From positions 1-38,945 of the forward strand of contig JBEIJY010000026.1 in NCBI GenBank assembly GCA_040380025.1: a stretch of DNA of 38,945 nucleotides, written 5' to 3'. The translations under genes and the position numbers were made by a program. Positions 17,088 through 26,190 of the stretch are shown in pieces. The DNA is from Bdellovibrionales bacterium (lineage in GTDB: Bacteria > Bdellovibrionota > UBA1018 > CAIMNF01). Every line of letters starts with the position of its first letter. The first letter of the stretch is position 1. The notes beneath the pieces were generated by a model. It did no database searches. It saw only the letters and a program-made list of their open reading frames with translations, and had not been told where the DNA came from.

Positions 17088-18031
17088 ATGAAAGTACGGT
17101 TTCGGTTTTTTATGCTCTTCTGGCTCCTTATCCCCGCGCTCTCTACCCATGCGGCAGAGGCGGAGACATCGCACGCCCGAAGATGCCGCGAAAAACACAT
17201 CGATCCCGACACCAAAACGGTTCTCTTTCGGAATTGCAGCGTGACTGACTTGGAGCCGTTTCGATCGGCACTCAAGGCATACTTCGATCGCACTCCGGTG
17301 CTCAGACAACTCGAGTCATCCGTGGAACTCGACCTTGCAAGCGTGCTCCCCGACTTCATCGTAAAAAATCTTGGTCAAAAACCTCCTGTCGAATCGAACT
17401 GCCACAATACTGCCTTCTACCTCGCCGGTGCGGCACCGGGGCCCTACTCGTTTGAGTTCAACGGCAATCAAAGCTTTCCTGATCACTGGGTCAGGCTCGG
17501 GATTGCGGAAACCATCAAAGCAAAGGACCTCTCGGATTTGAAAACCGGCGATGTTCTTACTTTTGACAACCACTCCATTTTTTCTTGGGAGAAGGCCTGA
17601 TTGTTGAGTTCAACCCCGATCAACAGCGGCAACACTACTTTGTCGGTACGATCAGGCGATCCTTGCGGTTTGTCTCGGTCGGAACGAACGGTCTTTCGAC
17701 CGATTACCAACGCCCCTTTCGGATTCTGCGGTTTCGAAAGAACCAGTTTGATTGGAACGCAATGATCGAGCGGGAGCTCACCCCTGAGCCTGATTTGTTC
17801 GATGCGTATCAAAAAATACGCGCCTACCTGGATCAAAAAATCAGGGGAGAACCCGCCACAGCTCCGTTCACGAGGGACAAAGCTCAAGAATTTAAGAACC
17901 GTTACCGCGAGAAGCTTCGGGAGAGCGGATTCTATGACCAGAATCTCGATCCGAACTCCTACCACGACAGTCAGCCGGTTTTTTACTTTCTTGAAAACCT
18001 GATCGAAGATTACAAAAAGGCTCTGGATTGA
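17088..18031 (+). pseudogene. Secreted Cys/His (NlpC/P60-like) hypothetical protein, frameshifted in a T6 run
   Basis: SNCHNTAFY...GDVLTFDNHSIF; one extra T at 17578-17583 gives HSIFFLGEGLIVEF and fuses the two ORFs. Confidence 0.65.
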
Positions 18032-18050
18032 ATCGAGGTCAAAAAAAATC

Positions 18051-18728
18051 CTACCTCAGTCCTTGATAGAACAATGAGTCGTTTGTGCTCCATTCTTGAA
18101 AATACGCAGGAAACACTTCCCTGAGCCAACCCGAATCGACCAGAGTCGCGGATGCTTGGCCGCGATCCACATAAATGAAAGCATCCAGAATGCGCAGTTT
18201 GAACCCGCTCAGAAACCGGACCCGGTTTTCAGGGCTTGCGCGAACCCCATCCGGTAGATACATCCGGTCCAGATACTCCGAAATCCCCACAACGGTGGGT
18301 ACGCTCTCAAAACTCATATCAAACACGGCGACTTTTCCGTATTCCGCTGACTCAACGCGGGTCTCTTGGGCCATGAAAAACACATGATGATGCCAGTTCG
18401 CTTTTCCGGGCTCCCGAAACGGGGCCTGCACCCGAGCAGGCCGAATCAATGGCCCGGATTCCCGCGCCCGATAGCCCGAAATCATCCCGAAAGCATTCCG
18501 TTCGTCTCCGATCTGCACCACCAAAGCACGATCGAGGTTGACTCGCATCTTCGCAAGAAGGGTGACCAAATCGCGGACATTCTCTCCACAGCGATTCTCT
18601 TGCCAACCCGTCCAATACCGGTCTTTGAAAACCCTCGTTATTTCGGAAAGATCAGCCGCAACCGCCCGAGCCCCACCCCAACCCATCGACAGGCTGAGCA
18701 CGATCAGAAACCAAAAGATCGCCTTCAA
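18051..18728 (-). CDS. Secreted protein with glutamine amidase/glutaminase-like Cys-His-Asp motifs
   Basis: TTG start after GGAG; signal peptide; NRCGENV, NWHHHVF, AVFDMSF. Confidence 0.65.
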   Translation of the reverse strand: MKAIFWFLIVLSLSMGWGGARAVAADLSEITRVFKDRYWTGWQENRCGENVRDLVTLLAKMRVNLDRALVVQIGDERNAFGMISGYRARESGPLIRPARVQAPFREPGKANWHHHVFFMAQETRVESAEYGKVAVFDMSFESVPTVVGISEYLDRMYLPDGVRASPENRVRFLSGFKLRILDAFIYVDRGQASATLVDSGWLREVFPAYFQEWSTNDSLFYQGLR

Positions 18729-18738
18729 AGAACTCCCC

Positions 18739-19401
18739 TCACAGCGTCTTCATCCACTCGCCGTACACGAATCGAAAGTAGTTCTGAAAAAACGCTTCCT
18801 CGTTGAAGAGCGGCTCCAAAAGCGGAGCTAAAAATCCCGCAGGTCCCAAAACCGCGGTCTTGATTCGCGCGACCTCGGATGGATTCGAAACCAGATCAAC
18901 CTGGATGTCGATCAGGGTCTCGGAGGCCTTGCACGCGGAATCCCCGGAGCGGGCTTGCACCTGGATTTGCAAGTCATCCAGACCAAAGCGCTGTTTCTCG
19001 CGCATCATGCGGCACTCTTGCCGGAACCCGGTGCCGCCGCTCTGCCACTCGACCCTGCAATCGAGCAAAAACCGCGGATAGAGCGCCGGATCCGTGAGAT
19101 TCACCGGCTGAAGAACCGTCCACACATAGTGCTCGCTCCGCTCGGGGGTTTCGATCACGGGCTTCGCTTGCGACTTCACCCAGCGCATCAGCTGCACCTG
19201 CGCCCCCGCAAGGCGCACGGCATACTCGGCGCCGGGAAGGCTCGGGTAGCGGTCATACCGGGTGAACAGCCCGTGCACGGCTTTGGGGTTCGAGGGAACG
19301 CATTGCCGCTCGGTGATCCGCGTGGCCTGCGCGGAATCGATCGCCCCACCCGCCCATGCCAAAACAACCACCCAAGCACTCACCCACTTGCTACTCTTCA
19401 T
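18739..19401 (-). CDS. Secreted hypothetical protein
   Basis: 220 aa ORF with a signal peptide; overlaps the upstream gene stop. Confidence 0.75.
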   Translation of the reverse strand: MKSSKWVSAWVVVLAWAGGAIDSAQATRITERQCVPSNPKAVHGLFTRYDRYPSLPGAEYAVRLAGAQVQLMRWVKSQAKPVIETPERSEHYVWTVLQPVNLTDPALYPRFLLDCRVEWQSGGTGFRQECRMMREKQRFGLDDLQIQVQARSGDSACKASETLIDIQVDLVSNPSEVARIKTAVLGPAGFLAPLLEPLFNEEAFFQNYFRFVYGEWMKTL

Positions 19402-19732
19402 GCTGTTCGTCCTCGCTCACAAAGGGAGCACGCAGGGGCTCGCCCAGGACATCATCGATGTCATCGGTGTCCCCCTCGGGTTTTCGTTGAAAAGCGGCCT
19501 TCATGATGTTCATGACATCGACGCCCATATCCTTCAGCGCGGTCAGGGCCACGGCGATGGCCTCGACCTGCTTGGTCGCCGAGTCGAGCGTAGTCTGGGC
19601 CTTTTTGAGCTCCACCAGCATCTCGCGCGAGGTCTGATCCATCGCGCCCAAATGCACGTTCGCCCGATCGGCCTGCGAACACCCCGAGAGAACCGCCAGA
19701 ACTGCCACGGAACCGAAGAATCTTCGAACCAT
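19391..19732 (-). CDS. Putative lipoprotein, coiled-coil
   Basis: Lipobox LSGC; helical heptads. Confidence 0.7.
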   Translation of the reverse strand: MVRRFFGSVAVLAVLSGCSQADRANVHLGAMDQTSREMLVELKKAQTTLDSATKQVEAIAVALTALKDMGVDVMNIMKAAFQRKPEGDTDDIDDVLGEPLRAPFVSEDEQHEE

Positions 19733-19815
19733 GGGTCATGGAATATACTAATTTAATTTAAAAACAAGAGAAATTCAGCCGTGAACGGAATTCCAAGCCC
19801 GTCCATTGACGGATG

Positions 19816-20925
19816 TCACAAGCCCCCATTCGAATAGATCGTAAAAAGGCCGGTGAACACATTGACTGTTCTGGCGTTCGCCGGACCGCAAAGCAGGTTC
19901 AAGCGCGACGAGACAGTGACTGGACCGCCTCCTTGTCCACCGCCTCCGTTGCCCGGCCCTGTGAGTCCATTGGCCTGCACTTGTCCGAGAACCGTCACTG
20001 AAACAGAACCATTCGCGGGAATAGAGAAGGTCGCTCCTGCGCCCACCGAGCCAACCAAAGCACCCGAAACATCACTGAGACTGCAACCGGAGGCGGCCCC
20101 GCCTGAATTCAGGATGGTCATGAGCACAGTCTCCCCTGAGTTTAACTGCAGGCCCTCCGGATATAAGAAACCAATGGACGGAGCAGGTGGTGTCGGAGTG
20201 GGAGTCGGTGTGGGTACGGGGGTAGGCGTGGCTATGGGAGTAGGTGTGGGGATCGGCGTGTTGTTCCCACCACCACCGCCTTGGTTCCCGCCTCCATTCT
20301 GAAGGTTCGCCTGTACCGAATATGCACCCGAGGTTGCCGCAACCGACGCACCCGAAGGACTTTGGCACGAAACACTGATGGTACCGGTCCGAGTTTGCGG
20401 CGTCTGCGCCGAGAACGGATCTGCAATGACCCTGAACCGCACCCCGCCGTTCGGGGCAATTGTTCCGAGATTCCCGGGAGAGATCGTAAAATCATTCAGG
20501 TTGCTGATGTTCGCGAAACAGTTTCGGGCCTCGGCACTTCCCTGGTTCCGGATTTCGACTTCAAACTGTGCCGATGTCTGGATGAGCCCGAACGAGTACG
20601 TGCGGGTCAGGGAGGTGAACTCCACCCGGGGCTGACCGTTCAGAGCAAAAACACGATGCACATGACAAAGCCGCTGTTCCTGCCCCCGGGTGAACACCTC
20701 GAGCGAACAATTCGGACCGTACACGGCCCGGCAGTCCCGCTCGGTCGAATACGCCCGGAGTCCCGATGAGCTGATGGAAAAACAAAAATTCGCGTTCTCA
20801 TCGGCAAGGGTCAGAGCCGAAACCGAAGGCATCCCGCCACTCGCCGGCATATCCTTCAAACACCCCGTCAGTGCCAAACAAAGCCCCACCCCCGACAACC
20901 GAATCCAAGCCTGAAAGAATCTCAT
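19816..20925 (-). CDS. Lipoprotein with beta-rich (Ig-like) domains and a Gly/Pro-Thr linker
   Basis: Lipobox LTGC; IRNQGSAEA and ILNSGGAAS strands; GGGNQGGGGGNN-(PT)n linker. Confidence 0.75.
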   Translation of the reverse strand: MRFFQAWIRLSGVGLCLALTGCLKDMPASGGMPSVSALTLADENANFCFSISSSGLRAYSTERDCRAVYGPNCSLEVFTRGQEQRLCHVHRVFALNGQPRVEFTSLTRTYSFGLIQTSAQFEVEIRNQGSAEARNCFANISNLNDFTISPGNLGTIAPNGGVRFRVIADPFSAQTPQTRTGTISVSCQSPSGASVAATSGAYSVQANLQNGGGNQGGGGGNNTPIPTPTPIATPTPVPTPTPTPTPPAPSIGFLYPEGLQLNSGETVLMTILNSGGAASGCSLSDVSGALVGSVGAGATFSIPANGSVSVTVLGQVQANGLTGPGNGGGGQGGGPVTVSSRLNLLCGPANARTVNVFTGLFTIYSNGGL

Positions 20926-21036
20926 CTTTCCCCCGCCCCTAGAATACTATCCCCCCGGAAAAAGAAAAAGTTGTGTCCCGTCCGACACACTTTCAAATCC
21001 CGAGAAACCATTCCGAATTCGTGGTACGGTCGCTCC

Positions 21037-22686
21037 ATGAATCCCATTTCAAAGAAACTGCTTCGATATTTCGAGCTCGGACGAAGCGAACTCGGCATCA
21101 TCTTCGCCTACTCTTTAGTGATCGGATCCTTCTCACTTTCGATTCCGATCGCGGTCCAGAACCTGGTGAACTCCGTGGCCTTCGGTGCGGTCCTTTTGCC
21201 GGTTTTCGTGCTGACCCTGATCGTGTTTTCGGGTCTGGGCCTGAGCAGCGCGATGAAAATCGCCCAGCGCAGAGTCGTCGAGTGGCTCACGATGAAGATG
21301 TTCTACCGCACGACCCGGAGCCTCTCCCTCAGGCTCCCCGAGGTCCGCGAGGATGCGCTCGACGGGTCCTACGATTCGACCTATTTCTCGCGCTATCTTG
21401 AGCTGTTCTCGCTTCAGAAGAACCTGAGCGAGCTCATCATTGACGTTCTGGATTTCGTCCTGGTCGTGGGAACGGGAATGCTGATTGTGGCGCTCTATCA
21501 CCCGGCTTTCCTCGTGTTCGATGTTCTGCTGGCGGGATCTCTCCTGTTTGTGATCCGGTTCGTAGGCCGGAACGGAGTCGAGACCAAGCTCGAGGAGTCC
21601 GAGAAAAAATACGAAATCGCCTCGTGGATCATGAATCTCTCGCGGCCTGACGTCGCGCTCCGGGGACGGCATGGAGTCGACCTCTCGGTGGAGCGGACCG
21701 AGGCCCTGAGCCAAGCCTTCCTCGAAACCCGAAAGAACCATTTCGCGGTCCTGATCCGGCAACATGCGGGTTTTCTTCTGATCAGCGTTCTTGCCTCGGC
21801 CCTCCTTCTGGGTGTCGGGGGCACACTCGTGTTCCAGCACCAACTCTCGCTCGGGCAACTTGTGGCGGCCGAGATCATCCTGGCCGGGGTTCTCGCCTCG
21901 ATCGCAAAGCTCGACAAGATCATCGAGAATTTTTATTCCATCATTTCCTCGATCTCAAAACTGGAGTCATTGTTCGAGTTTCCCGTCGAGGAAAGCATGG
22001 AGGGGAAACACGCTCCTGAGCGGTTAAAGGGCCAATGGGACTTCCATGAGGTGAATTACGGCTACCCGAACCGGGCGCCGCTTTGGAAGCCGGTCACGCT
22101 CTCGATTCCCGCCGGCTCCAAGATCGCCCTGATCGGCTCCTCGGGCTCGGGTAAAAGCACACTCATCGAGATCCTCTACAGCTTGCGATCGCCCTCCTCG
22201 GGAATCCTCCGTTTGGACGGATTGAATGTGCGCGATCTTGACTTGAAGCAGGTGCGGGACCGCATCGGCTTTGCGAACAAGTTCCACGCCCTGCCCGAGT
22301 CCCTCCTTTCGAACCTCACCATGGGCAAAGAAATCCCATTTGAATCGCTTGTCACTCTTTCAAAGGAAATCGGCATCGACGAGGCCATTCAGAATCTTCC
22401 GGACGGATACTCCACCTCGCTCGAGACCATGGAGCTTCCCTTCTCGGACGGACAACTCTCGAAGCTTTCCCTGCTCAGGGCGCTGGCACAGGATCCCGAC
22501 CTCATCCTGATCGACGAGGTTCTCGATGATTGCGACCCCGAATCCCAGTCGAAGATCCTGGATTGCCTCTTCAAGCGGACCAAAGGGAAAACCGTATTCA
22601 TCGCCACCCATGATGACAACATCTCGCGGAGGTGCGACTTCATCCTGTCGCTTCCCGCAGGAACCCTTACGGAGGTGAGATCATGA
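21037..22686 (+). CDS. Type I secretion ABC transporter (permease plus ATPase)
   Basis: TM domain; Walker A GSSGSGKS, signature FSDGQ, Walker B LILIDE, H-loop ATHD. Confidence 0.93.
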   Translation: MNPISKKLLRYFELGRSELGIIFAYSLVIGSFSLSIPIAVQNLVNSVAFGAVLLPVFVLTLIVFSGLGLSSAMKIAQRRVVEWLTMKMFYRTTRSLSLRLPEVREDALDGSYDSTYFSRYLELFSLQKNLSELIIDVLDFVLVVGTGMLIVALYHPAFLVFDVLLAGSLLFVIRFVGRNGVETKLEESEKKYEIASWIMNLSRPDVALRGRHGVDLSVERTEALSQAFLETRKNHFAVLIRQHAGFLLISVLASALLLGVGGTLVFQHQLSLGQLVAAEIILAGVLASIAKLDKIIENFYSIISSISKLESLFEFPVEESMEGKHAPERLKGQWDFHEVNYGYPNRAPLWKPVTLSIPAGSKIALIGSSGSGKSTLIEILYSLRSPSSGILRLDGLNVRDLDLKQVRDRIGFANKFHALPESLLSNLTMGKEIPFESLVTLSKEIGIDEAIQNLPDGYSTSLETMELPFSDGQLSKLSLLRALAQDPDLILIDEVLDDCDPESQSKILDCLFKRTKGKTVFIATHDDNISRRCDFILSLPAGTLTEVRS

Positions 22687-23693
22687 TGAAGTTCGACATT
22701 CGTGAGCTGGGAGCGCATCGGAAGACCGCCCGATGGATCTTCGGCATCGGCGGGTTCTTCTTGTTCGCCGTATTGTTTTTGCCGTGGACCCAGACCGTGA
22801 TCGGAAAAGGCAGGGTAGTCGCCTACTCGCCCACCGAGCGCGAACAAAGGATCATCGCGCCCATCGAGGGCCGGATCAAACAGTGGTTCATCGCCGAGGG
22901 AAGCATCGTGAAAAAAGGCGACCCGATCGTCGAGCTGACCGATGTCGACCCCGACATTCTCTTCAAGCTGAAGCAGGAACGGTCCGCGACCGAGAAAAAA
23001 ATGGAGGCCGCGATAATCGGGATCAAGACCTCGCGGTTGAACGTGGAGCGCCAGCAAAAACTCTTTGACGAGGGGATTTCCTCGCGCCGGAACTACGAGC
23101 TCGCAAACCTCGAACTGGTGAAGTACCTGACCGATGAGGCGAATGCGATCTCGGAGCTTGCGCGGATCGACCTGAGGCTCGCACGCCAGGCCGCCCAGCT
23201 CGTGACCTCGCCCACCGATGGCGTGATCCTGCGCCGGTTGACCGGACAGGAGGGGGAACTTGTGAAGTCCGGTGTCGAATTGAGCGTGCTGATCCCGAAC
23301 ACCCGCTCTCGCGCGGTGGAACTCTGGGTGCGGGGGCTTGACATGCCTCTCGTGCAAAAGGGCCATGACGTTCGCCTTCAGTTCGAGGGTTGGCCTGCGA
23401 TCCAGTTCACCGGCTGGCCCTCGGTCGCAGTGGGAACCTTTCCCGGCAAAGTTCTTTGGGTGGACCCCACGAGCAACGAAAAGGGCGAGTTCCGCGTGAT
23501 GATCATGCCTCCCGATGATGCCGAGTGGCCGGACACCTCCTACTTGAGACAAGGCGTCCGCACGGTCGCATGGATCAGCATCAAGACCGTGGCCGTGGGC
23601 TACGAGCTCTGGCGGCAATTCAACGCCTTCCCGATCGCGCCCGAAGAAAGCATGCCCGGGGCCATGAAAAAGAAGGAGGACGCGAAGCAATGA
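22683..23693 (+). CDS. HlyD family membrane fusion protein
   Basis: LPWTQTV.G.G, IAPIEGRI...VKKGD, VRLQFEGWPAIQF; ATGA coupling to the ABC gene. Confidence 0.92.
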   Translation: MMKFDIRELGAHRKTARWIFGIGGFFLFAVLFLPWTQTVIGKGRVVAYSPTEREQRIIAPIEGRIKQWFIAEGSIVKKGDPIVELTDVDPDILFKLKQERSATEKKMEAAIIGIKTSRLNVERQQKLFDEGISSRRNYELANLELVKYLTDEANAISELARIDLRLARQAAQLVTSPTDGVILRRLTGQEGELVKSGVELSVLIPNTRSRAVELWVRGLDMPLVQKGHDVRLQFEGWPAIQFTGWPSVAVGTFPGKVLWVDPTSNEKGEFRVMIMPPDDAEWPDTSYLRQGVRTVAWISIKTVAVGYELWRQFNAFPIAPEESMPGAMKKKEDAKQ

Positions 23694-25081
23694 TCGCGTT
23701 CGTTTTTCTTGGGCTGGTTTTGCAAAACGCCGGGGCCGCCACCCGCTTCGAAGATGTCGCAAGGGCCCTGATGGACACCTCGGACCAAGCGCAGGTCGTG
23801 ACCCAGGACCGGATCCGGACCGAGCTCGAGTACAAAGTCGCCTTGGGAAGTCTTTATGATCCCACCCTACGTGCGAGTTTTTGGGATCGCTACCGGGGAG
23901 ACTTCCAGACCCGAAGACTCGATGTCTCGGTTTTGCAAAGAACCGGCATCTGGGGGATCAATTTTCTCGGAGGGTACCGATTCGGCCGCGGGTATTTCGC
24001 CCCGTATGAGACCGGCTATGAGACCCAGGACTCCGGCGAGGCGCGATTCGGGGTCGAGATCCCCTTGCTTCGGAACGGCTGGACGGATTCATTCCGGACC
24101 TCGCTGAGAAAAGGCGAGATTTCGGTCTCGCTTTCCGAGTACCAGGAACAGGTTCAGCGTCTTGAACTTCTGCGACAACTCGGGGTGCGGTACTGGGAGT
24201 GGTTTGTGAATGCCCAGCGGTTCCGGGTCTCGAAAGAGCTTCTGGATCTTGCGCTCGTGCGGCAGGAAAAAATCAGAATCCGCGTGGTCCGGGGCGATCT
24301 TGCCAAAATCGAAGAACTCGAGGGGGATCGCACCATTCTTCAGCGTCGCTCCCTTTTGGCGCAAGCGGAGCGGAATTTCACCCGGGTCAGGCTCGATCTG
24401 GATGCCTTTTTGAGCCAAAAGAGCGCGCAAAAAAACACACAGAATTCCACTGAAGCCCTGAACCTCGGAATCGACTCCCTCCCTCCGCTGGATCTGGATC
24501 TGCCGAAGCCTGAGACCCTGACCGGAGCCGGAATCGAGATCGATCAGCACCCTGAAGTGCTCCGGCAGAACGCTCTTTTGGATCAGGCAAGGCTCGATGC
24601 GGATCTGGCAAAGAACCAGTTCCTTCCGAAACTCGATCTCGCCCTGAATCTCTCGCAGGATTTCGGAACCCCCGTTTCGCGGCTCGGACAACCCTCGGGC
24701 GATGCGGGAATCTCGTTCGAGTTCCCGATTCCCTCAAGAGCGGCCTCGGCCCGGACTTCGCAAATGGAGGCGATGGTGATCCGGCAGGATGCGCAGGTGT
24801 CGCTTGCAAGGACCCGCATCGGGAACTCGGTCGAGGATGCGAAGATCGCGCTCGGACTTGCGCACGAGCGGGCGCTTCTGGCGAGCCAGGAACTCGAGCT
24901 CTCGAAAACCCTGGTCGAGATGGAAAACAAGCGTTTCTTGAACGGGGACTCGAACCTTCTGCTCCTGAACCTGCGGGAACAGAACTACGCCGAGGCGGAG
25001 ATCCGCCGGATCGAGGCCTTCTCGGATTTCAGGCGCTCCGCAAACGATCTGAACGTCGCACTCGGACGTTTGGAGTTCTAG
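23690..25081 (+). CDS. TolC family outer membrane protein
   Basis: EIPLLRN, QFLPKLDL, RFLNGDSNLLLLNLREQ; ATGA coupling. Confidence 0.9.
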   Translation: MIAFVFLGLVLQNAGAATRFEDVARALMDTSDQAQVVTQDRIRTELEYKVALGSLYDPTLRASFWDRYRGDFQTRRLDVSVLQRTGIWGINFLGGYRFGRGYFAPYETGYETQDSGEARFGVEIPLLRNGWTDSFRTSLRKGEISVSLSEYQEQVQRLELLRQLGVRYWEWFVNAQRFRVSKELLDLALVRQEKIRIRVVRGDLAKIEELEGDRTILQRRSLLAQAERNFTRVRLDLDAFLSQKSAQKNTQNSTEALNLGIDSLPPLDLDLPKPETLTGAGIEIDQHPEVLRQNALLDQARLDADLAKNQFLPKLDLALNLSQDFGTPVSRLGQPSGDAGISFEFPIPSRAASARTSQMEAMVIRQDAQVSLARTRIGNSVEDAKIALGLAHERALLASQELELSKTLVEMENKRFLNGDSNLLLLNLREQNYAEAEIRRIEAFSDFRRSANDLNVALGRLEF

Positions 25082-26142
25082 CCGTTCCGGCCGATGCAGT
25101 TCAGGTCTTCGAACGAGCTCTTCAGGCGCTTCACAAAGTTCTCTTCGCCGGACCGGAGCCAGACGCGCGGATCGTAGTATTTTTTGTTCGGCGAATCCGC
25201 ACCCTCCGGGTTCCCGAGCTGGCCCTGCAAGTAGGCCTGTTTTTGCTGGTAGTAGTTTTTGATGCCTTCCCAAAACGCCCACTGCAGATCGGTGTCGAGA
25301 TTCATCTTGACCACGCCGTACTCGATCGTCTCGCGGATTTCCTCGCGGGTCGAGCCCGAGCCCCCATGGAACACAAAATTCACAGGCTTCGGGCCGGTCT
25401 TGTACTCGCGCTCAATGTGCTCCTGTGAGTTCTTCAGGATCTTCGGGGTGAGCTGGACGTTTCCGGGCTTGTACACGCCATGAACGTTCCCGAACGAGGC
25501 CGCGATCGTGAACTGCCGGCCGACTTCCTTCAGGCGGGTAAACGCGAACGCGACATGTTCGGGCTGGGTGTACAAACGAGCATTGTCGACATGGGTGTTG
25601 TCGACGCCGTCTTCTTCTCCGCCCGTAACACCGAGCTCGATCTCGATCCCCGTCTCGATCGCCTTCATGCGACTGAAGTAGCGGGTGGAGATCTCGATAT
25701 TCTCTTCGAGCGACTCTTCGGAAAGATCGAGCATGTGCGAAGAAAAGAGCGGCTTCTTCTCGGCCTTATAGTGGGCCTCGCTCATTGTGAGCATTCCGTC
25801 GATCCACGGAAGGAGCTTTTTTGCGGCGTGATCGGTGTGGATCACGACCGGCACCCCGTAGTGTTCGGCCAGAAGCTGGATGTGGCGCGCACCGCTCACG
25901 GAACCCAGGACTGCGCCTTGGTCATTCGGCAACTTCAGGCTCTTGCCGGCATAGAACTGCCCGCCGCCGTTCGAGAACTGGATGATCACGGGGGAGTTGA
26001 CCGCCTTCGCGGTCTCCAGAACCGCGTTCAGCGAGTTCGTCCCGACCACGTTCACTGCGGGAAGCGCAAAGCGGGCTTCTTTTGCGTACTGATAGAGTTC
26101 ATCGAGCGCGGAACCGAAAACAATGCCGGGTTTTAGTTTCAT
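25078..26142 (-). CDS. fbaA: Class II fructose-bisphosphate aldolase
   Basis: HTDHAAKK, SSHMLDLSEE, GVTGGEEDG, FGNVHGVY, FVFHGGSG, PNKKYYDPR. Confidence 0.97.
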   Translation of the reverse strand: MKLKPGIVFGSALDELYQYAKEARFALPAVNVVGTNSLNAVLETAKAVNSPVIIQFSNGGGQFYAGKSLKLPNDQGAVLGSVSGARHIQLLAEHYGVPVVIHTDHAAKKLLPWIDGMLTMSEAHYKAEKKPLFSSHMLDLSEESLEENIEISTRYFSRMKAIETGIEIELGVTGGEEDGVDNTHVDNARLYTQPEHVAFAFTRLKEVGRQFTIAASFGNVHGVYKPGNVQLTPKILKNSQEHIEREYKTGPKPVNFVFHGGSGSTREEIRETIEYGVVKMNLDTDLQWAFWEGIKNYYQQKQAYLQGQLGNPEGADSPNKKYYDPRVWLRSGEENFVKRLKSSFEDLNCIGRNG

Positions 26143-26190
26143 GAAAAGCGTTTTACCGCATTCTTCGGCCCTTGGGTGCAAAAAAAGCGC

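Noticed and set aside
20187..20300. Repetitive GT-rich DNA
   Set aside because: Explained by the Pro-Thr/Gly linker of the lipoprotein.
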